A stretch of 59,778 bases of DNA from a virus. Its lineage: Duplodnaviria > Caudoviricetes. The stretch spans positions 1 to 59,778 of the IMG/VR virus record IMGVR_UViG_3300021197_001267. One strand, 5' to 3'. This document shows, in pieces, positions 55,596 through 59,778 of the stretch. The notes under the pieces are model-generated. The model was not told the DNA's origin. It saw only the letters and a program-made list of their open reading frames with translations, and searched no databases. The translations under genes and the position numbers were made by a program. Numbering within the stretch: the stretch's first letter is position 1; each line of letters starts with the position of its first letter.

Positions 55596-55822
55596 TGCTT
55601 CTGGAGTTTTTTCACTGCAGCAGCTAGGACGGAGGGATTCTTTCTAGACAAACCATAAGTGGATGCAACTTTAACGAGGAAGTCCTCATCGAGCTGAGCA
55701 TCAGGGACAGCATCCATAAGATACTTACGCACACTTTCTACTTCTCTCTGGGCACTCTCACTAACAGCTGAGCTGCGGCGAGTCCCTGCAGAAGGCTTTT
55801 TCTTTTTCTTTGAAACGAGCAT
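55592..55822 (-). CDS. small basic protein
   Basis: Start at ATG 55822, 3 nt after the TATATTTG box (55826-55833). Confidence 0.6.
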   Translation of the reverse strand: MLVSKKKKKPSAGTRRSSAVSESAQREVESVRKYLMDAVPDAQLDEDFLVKVASTYGLSRKNPSVLAAAVKKLQKQ

Positions 55823-55834
55823 GCACAAATATAA

Positions 55835-56104
55835 TCATTTGGTGCAACCCCATTTCGCATTAGAGTAGCTGATGAACTTCTTAAACGTTATGCTGCTACA
55901 CGTAAGGTGAAGGTTGTTCTGTTGCTTGTTGATACGAGCCTTGCTCTTGAAGATATCCTTTATGAGCTTCTCCCTGAAATACTCGTTCCGCCATATAAGG
56001 TTCTTGTCATTGCCAACAAGGATAGCATCGTACAGCTTGTACTCCTTCTTCGACTTGCTGTCAAACAAGACGACGTCACACATGTGGATGGGTTCTTTAG
56101 TCAT
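55835..56104 (-). CDS. hypothetical protein
   Basis: 89 aa ORF near the start of the - strand arm. Confidence 0.55.
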   Translation of the reverse strand: MTKEPIHMCDVVLFDSKSKKEYKLYDAILVGNDKNLIWRNEYFREKLIKDIFKSKARINKQQNNLHLTCSSITFKKFISYSNAKWGCTK

Positions 56105-56258
56105 ACTCCTCTAACGAAGGAGGTGGCAGCTTATTGCTCAGCTTATCTAGAGCCCTGGCCATAGCCCTCCTCCTTCCACGCGCTGTGTGCTGCCCCCTAG
56201 TGTTATTAGTGGCTTCTTGCAACAGCTGAATCATCTCGTCTGTTAATTGCATGTGCAT
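56097..56258 (-). CDS. small hypothetical protein (53 aa, not in ORF track)
   Basis: MHMQLTDEMIQLLQEA...PPPSLEEYD*; ATGACTAA overlap with the next gene. Confidence 0.45.
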   Translation of the reverse strand: MHMQLTDEMIQLLQEATNNTRGQHTARGRRRAMARALDKLSNKLPPPSLEEYD

Positions 56259-56371
56259 AGCTGTCCCTTGATACTTTTTTAAGAGAGGACCCTAAGCTGC
56301 CTGTATCTCACAAACAGTCTGACCGAGGTGAGGACCCATCAGGTCCGTAACCTCAAGACGTCCTCTCAAGG

Positions 56372-56408
56372 ATGTAGCGAAGGTACTACATTTTTTTTTC
56401 AAAGTCAA
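56372..56408 (-). promoter_or_regulatory. putative first promoter of the - strand (late) arm
   Basis: TTG (56406-56408), 20 nt, TACCTTCG (56378-56385); the -7 box is flanked by the inverted repeat ATGTAG/CTACAT. Confidence 0.5.
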
Positions 56409-56917
56409 GTAGGGTGGGTAACACCATAACCCAGCGCGGAATTATCTTTCGAGATACATATAGTGTAATACCATAGATAGAAAGGTGACAGATAGAAGAG
56501 CATAACACATATCGAGGCTGATAATAATTATGCGAAGGTATGTGAAAATAGGCCAGACATACGCACCTAGGGGATTATACATATACAGCAGTAGCACCGA
56601 TGTCAATCGGAAACGGAATCCTGAACCCCAGCCCCTCGACGTTTTCCCCTTTGGGAATCCAGTTTTGGCATTTGACTTTTGGCTCTCCCCAGTCCAAGCA
56701 AGACAGACCAAGATGGACCACAGGAGATGAGACACACAGACCACAGGCACAATCCCTTCCCCAATCGTTCATGCTCCATGGGGGAACCCACACATGGGAC
56801 ATTGTGGTGCGTTAACTTTTGTTTGCATATAGGTCCATACTAAATCGAAGACGAGACTCGTATAGGTATCAGAAGGCGGGAGCTGATTCCTAGCCACAAA
56901 CCCTTAACTCACTGATA

Positions 56918-57271
56918 ATGAACAACATGAAAAGATACGCTTGTGATTGCATCAAGCAAGCAGACGATTCAGCGGAACGTTTGCGCAACATGGCCGACGT
57001 GATTGGCAACGAACAACGCTACGAGGATGGCGTTTGCACCACCGCTGACGTTCAACGAATGATGAAGAACGGCATCAAGAAAACGGCAACCGACATGCAG
57101 AACTTGATTCGCACAATGGCCGACCAGTTGGATGCCGAGAGAGCCGAGGTTGAGCGCATGAAGCGTCTGTACGGGATGGCTCGCAAGGACATCCAAGACT
57201 TGAAGAACCTGCCATCTCCTTCGGGCTATGACCGAAACATCCATCGTATGCAGTCTGACGGCTCATACTAA
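56918..57271 (+). CDS. first early gene, coiled-coil hypothetical protein
   Basis: 117 aa ORF after the strand-switch region. Confidence 0.7.
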   Translation: MNNMKRYACDCIKQADDSAERLRNMADVIGNEQRYEDGVCTTADVQRMMKNGIKKTATDMQNLIRTMADQLDAERAEVERMKRLYGMARKDIQDLKNLPSPSGYDRNIHRMQSDGSY

Positions 57272-57311
57272 AACGATGACGACAACGTTATACTATCAAA
57301 CCCCAAGCACA

Positions 57312-57461
57312 ATGACAAGTTTCAAAATTCACAGGCAGATGCGCGTAGACCTTGACCGAGGGGTGCGCACAGAGGTAGCCGCAAGACGTTGCGTGATTCA
57401 GTTGTTCAAGCATGGACACCTCCTCCCCATGAGCTACCAAGGCCCAACCAAGGCACACTGA
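57312..57461 (+). CDS. small hypothetical protein (49 aa)
   Basis: Start moved to the ATG in leader AAACCCCAAGCACAATGA (57298-57315, repeated at 57510-57527). Confidence 0.6.
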   Translation: MTSFKIHRQMRVDLDRGVRTEVAARRCVIQLFKHGHLLPMSYQGPTKAH

Positions 57462-57501
57462 AGAGTCCTAATTGGACGAAACGCCGTGAGGCGTCTGTGT
57501 C
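57452..57501 (+). ncRNA. type I hammerhead ribozyme
   Basis: Stem I GGCACA/TGTGTC; core CTGAAGA (57458-57464); stem II GTCC-TAATT-GGAC; GAAA; stem III ACGCC-GTGA-GGCGT; GTC cleavage triplet ending at 57495. Confidence 0.9.
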
Positions 57502-57523
57502 AAACTCTTAAACCCCAAGCACA

Positions 57524-57718
57524 ATGAGCATGCTCCCGAAAATCAGCACCGAGTTCAGCGGCACGAACGCGGACTACAACATCCAAACGATGGGCGACAC
57601 CACCCACGTTGAAGTCAATGGATTCTGTTACCACATCAATCAAATCAAAACGCCCGAGTTGAAGTCTGCCTGCGAGACGTTGCTCCAAGCATCAAGGGTC
57701 CTCGGCCAAACCATCTGA
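57524..57718 (+). CDS. small early hypothetical protein
   Basis: 64 aa, 28 nt after the predicted ribozyme cut. Confidence 0.65.
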   Translation: MSMLPKISTEFSGTNADYNIQTMGDTTHVEVNGFCYHINQIKTPELKSACETLLQASRVLGQTI

Positions 57719-57721
57719 ACC

Positions 57722-57931
57722 ATGAAGTACACAATGCAAGCCCAACTACTGCAACGCAAGAACCTCGCCTACATTCGGATGAAGGACCTTCGTGAGCAAG
57801 CCCGCATCGCACGAATCGAGTTTGACTTGGCCGCCAAGGATTTGGAGGAGCACAAGATTCAGTTGACCATCAAACGCATGGCGGAGAGGGAGACTCACTT
57901 CGGCATCCACATCGACACCTCAAACCTCTGA
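57722..57931 (+). CDS. small coiled-coil hypothetical protein
   Basis: 69 aa. Confidence 0.6.
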   Translation: MKYTMQAQLLQRKNLAYIRMKDLREQARIARIEFDLAAKDLEEHKIQLTIKRMAERETHFGIHIDTSNL

Positions 57932-57935
57932 AGCG

Positions 57936-58058
57936 ATGACAAGCATGGACATCTTCGCCCACCTGTTGGGTATGTACGCGGGATGGAGTTTGGTGCTCTC
58001 CTGCATACGAATTGGACTGAACATGACGTTAGATTACCTAGAAACACAATACACATGA
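57936..58058 (+). CDS. 40 aa putative membrane peptide (not in ORF track)
   Basis: MTSMDIFAHLLGMYAGWSLVLSCIRIGLNMTLDYLETQYT*; ATGA overlap with the next gene. Confidence 0.4.
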   Translation: MTSMDIFAHLLGMYAGWSLVLSCIRIGLNMTLDYLETQYT

Positions 58059-58222
58059 ACGTATACCGAATGACTTACATCCGTGGTCGAGACCGAGATG
58101 ATTGGAGAGAGATTGACTTCATCGAAAACAGCATGGAAGGAGCGCGTCAAATGGCTCGTGCTCTCGTGCCCCACGACCACAGAGTTCGCAAGGTTGAATT
58201 TGTCAAAACAATAGAGCAATGA
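58055..58222 (+). CDS. small hypothetical protein (55 aa)
   Basis: Start moved to the ATG after the ACACAATACAC leader. Confidence 0.6.
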   Translation: MNVYRMTYIRGRDRDDWREIDFIENSMEGARQMARALVPHDHRVRKVEFVKTIEQ

Positions 58223-59115
58223 AGAAGAAGAGAAACGTCTACGAGGAAGTCACGGCACGGGTTGTCGATGGCATCAAGGCAAAGGGTATGCAATGGTTCC
58301 GACCATGGGAAGGTGGTGGTGGGTTGCACCCCATCAACCGAGCCACAGGCAAGGGATACAAGGGGATGAACGTCCTGTTCCTGTTCGCTGAAGCGGAAGC
58401 CAAGGGATATGAGCACAACGAATGGTTGACCTACAAGCAAGCTGTTGGCCTGAAGGGTCAGGTGCGCAAAGGTGAGAAGTCTACCAACGTGGTATTCTGG
58501 AGCATCAGCATTCAGGACGAGGACAAGAAGTGGTACAGGAAGGCGTCAGAAGTACCTAGCGGCAAGAAGTACGAGAAGTTCTTCTCTCTGCGGACGTACA
58601 ACGTCTTCAATGTGGCGCAATGCGATGGCATCGAACCTCGAAGAGAGGTTGTGGAGGCCAAGGGTGATACAACCCCCATCGAGAGCGCAGAAGCGGTTTA
58701 TGGTGGTTTTGTGGGCAAGCCTACTCTGAAGCAGGGAGGTTCACGAGCCTACTACAAACCTGCGGCCCACCATGTCCAAATGCCCAAGATGGAGACCTTC
58801 GTCTCTCCTGACGACTACTACAAGGTCCTGTTCCACGAGTTGACGCACAGCACAGGCCACAAGAGCCTACTCAATCGTGACACCTTGGTGCAGATGAACT
58901 CGTTTGGCGACGAGGAGTACTCCAAGGAGGAATTGGTGGCGGAGATTGGTGCGCAGTTCCTCTCGGGCATCGTGGGCATCAAGCCCAAGTCTGACTCCAT
59001 GAACTCACAGGCCTACATCAATGGGTGGTTGAGCAAGATTGGCAAGGAACCGAAGTTGGTCGTGAGCGCGGCAACGCAAGCAATGAAAGCTGTCGATTGC
59101 ATCCTCGGAGATTAA
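58219..59115 (+). CDS. ardC: ArdC-like antirestriction protein (ssDNA-binding N-domain + zincin-like domain)
   Basis: W.RPW, YKGMN, WLTYKQA...GQVRKGEKS, YNVFNVAQ, AYY.P, FHELTHSTGH, YSKEELVAE. Confidence 0.9.
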   Translation: MKKKRNVYEEVTARVVDGIKAKGMQWFRPWEGGGGLHPINRATGKGYKGMNVLFLFAEAEAKGYEHNEWLTYKQAVGLKGQVRKGEKSTNVVFWSISIQDEDKKWYRKASEVPSGKKYEKFFSLRTYNVFNVAQCDGIEPRREVVEAKGDTTPIESAEAVYGGFVGKPTLKQGGSRAYYKPAAHHVQMPKMETFVSPDDYYKVLFHELTHSTGHKSLLNRDTLVQMNSFGDEEYSKEELVAEIGAQFLSGIVGIKPKSDSMNSQAYINGWLSKIGKEPKLVVSAATQAMKAVDCILGD

Positions 59116-59194
59116 CATTCGTTAACAACGGGGAGGACAATAAGGTCTTCCCCACCAACGTTCTAATACTAGAAACCCTTAAACACAATACACA
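59112..59194 (+). promoter_or_regulatory. repeated early promoter-like motif plus 37 nt repeat
   Basis: TTAACATTCGTT (59112-59123), GACAAT (59136-59141), CGTT (59159-59162); 59158-59194 identical to 799-835. Confidence 0.65.
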
Positions 59195-59445
59195 TGATTG
59201 TCGAAAACCTAAACTTCTGCTTCCGACCAAACGTAGGAGACAGAGGGCAAGTCATCATCCCGCTCTCTCCAACCCTTGGAGTCTCCATGGTTGCGATGGA
59301 GGATGGACCTTCAGAAATTGCCGCTGTCGTTCTAGACGGGAAGGGCAAGGTCAACTGCGTCCTCTCTGACAGCAAGCCATTCTTCACCATCGGGTGCATC
59401 TTGGACTTCATCAAGCAAGCAAACAATGAATACAACACATTATGA
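59194..59445 (+). CDS. small early hypothetical protein
   Basis: 83 aa directly after the conserved leader. Confidence 0.65.
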   Translation: MIVENLNFCFRPNVGDRGQVIIPLSPTLGVSMVAMEDGPSEIAAVVLDGKGKVNCVLSDSKPFFTIGCILDFIKQANNEYNTL

Positions 59446-59588
59446 CACAAGGCCAAAGACTTGACAATCGCATGAAGAACTGCGGTAGCTTCGAACTTGC
59501 GCTCATCAGGGCGTGGTTCAAGGCAGACAAAAGCAACAAGGACCGCTTACAAGAGGCCTTCAAGAATACACAATTTGATTTGACATGA
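59442..59588 (+). CDS. small conserved phage protein (48 aa, not in ORF track)
   Basis: GSF..AL..AW..AD..N..RL..AF motif; ATGA-coupled on both sides. Confidence 0.65.
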   Translation: MTQGQRLDNRMKNCGSFELALIRAWFKADKSNKDRLQEAFKNTQFDLT

Positions 59589-59770
59589 CGAAGAAACAAC
59601 TGCTTATCGAACGTATCAGCCATGTGCTGAACGACACAGGAGCGTACAAGGAGTTAACCAAGCTCCTCGTTGACCGCGAAGAGGTGCTACTGGACACCGA
59701 CATGGATAGCCTTGCCGATGAGCTTGAAGAATTTATTTTCAACTGGACACAAATCGAAGACAATGACTAA
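59585..59770 (+). CDS. small acidic hypothetical protein
   Basis: 61 aa, coupled. Confidence 0.65.
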   Translation: MTKKQLLIERISHVLNDTGAYKELTKLLVDREEVLLDTDMDSLADELEEFIFNWTQIEDND

Positions 59771-59778
59771 AACAGAAA
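59763..59778 (+). CDS. 5' part of the junction-spanning gene (continues at 1-140)
   Basis: ATGACTAAAACAGAAA continues in frame into TCGCAGAT... Confidence 0.7.

Noticed and set aside
56442-56815. Overlapping 62-102 aa ORFs in the strand-switch region
   Set aside because: Mutually overlapping on both strands, without the typical leaders or recognisable motifs; probably non-coding.
57250-57295. Second hammerhead-like stretch (CTGACGG...AAACG...CGTTA)
   Set aside because: Core mismatched, no stem II or GAAA and poor stem I; at best a decayed relic.
1-59778. Stop-codon reassignment, diversity-generating retroelement, integrase or introns
   Set aside because: Long genes are intact in the standard code and TAA, TAG and TGA all end genes; the tRNA is not a suppressor; no reverse transcriptase, recombinase or split gene was recognised.

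Overview
Apparently complete, circularly permuted ~59.8 kb genome of a tailed dsDNA phage, probably podovirus-like; a short ORF reads across the end-to-start junction. The host is probably a Bacteroidota (Flavobacteriales-like) bacterium, based on many TAnnTTTG -7 promoter boxes, A/C-rich leaders without Shine-Dalgarno motifs and two proteins with type IX secretion (T9SS) sorting signals. The + strand arm (56.9 kb through the junction to 12.4 kb) has many small early genes behind a repeated bipartite promoter-like motif, a type I hammerhead ribozyme, ArdC, Erf plus an exonuclease, tRNA-Arg(TCT) inside a structured-RNA cluster, a primase-helicase, nucleases and a two-gene operon of predicted T9SS cargo proteins. 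The - strand arm (56.3 kb down to 12.4 kb) has small basic proteins, a lytic transglycosylase, a GroES-like protein, terminase, portal, a tail-fibre block, scaffold, major capsid, tail ring/nozzle proteins, three ejection-type proteins (one a 3414 aa polyvalent protein) and lysis genes. I recognised no DNA polymerase, RNA polymerase, integrase or CRISPR array. The best candidates for new biology are the phage-encoded T9SS cargo pair, a possibly self-processing injected polyprotein with K-A/F-Q delimiters, and the RNA elements. All protein calls come from motif recognition by eye, not database searches.
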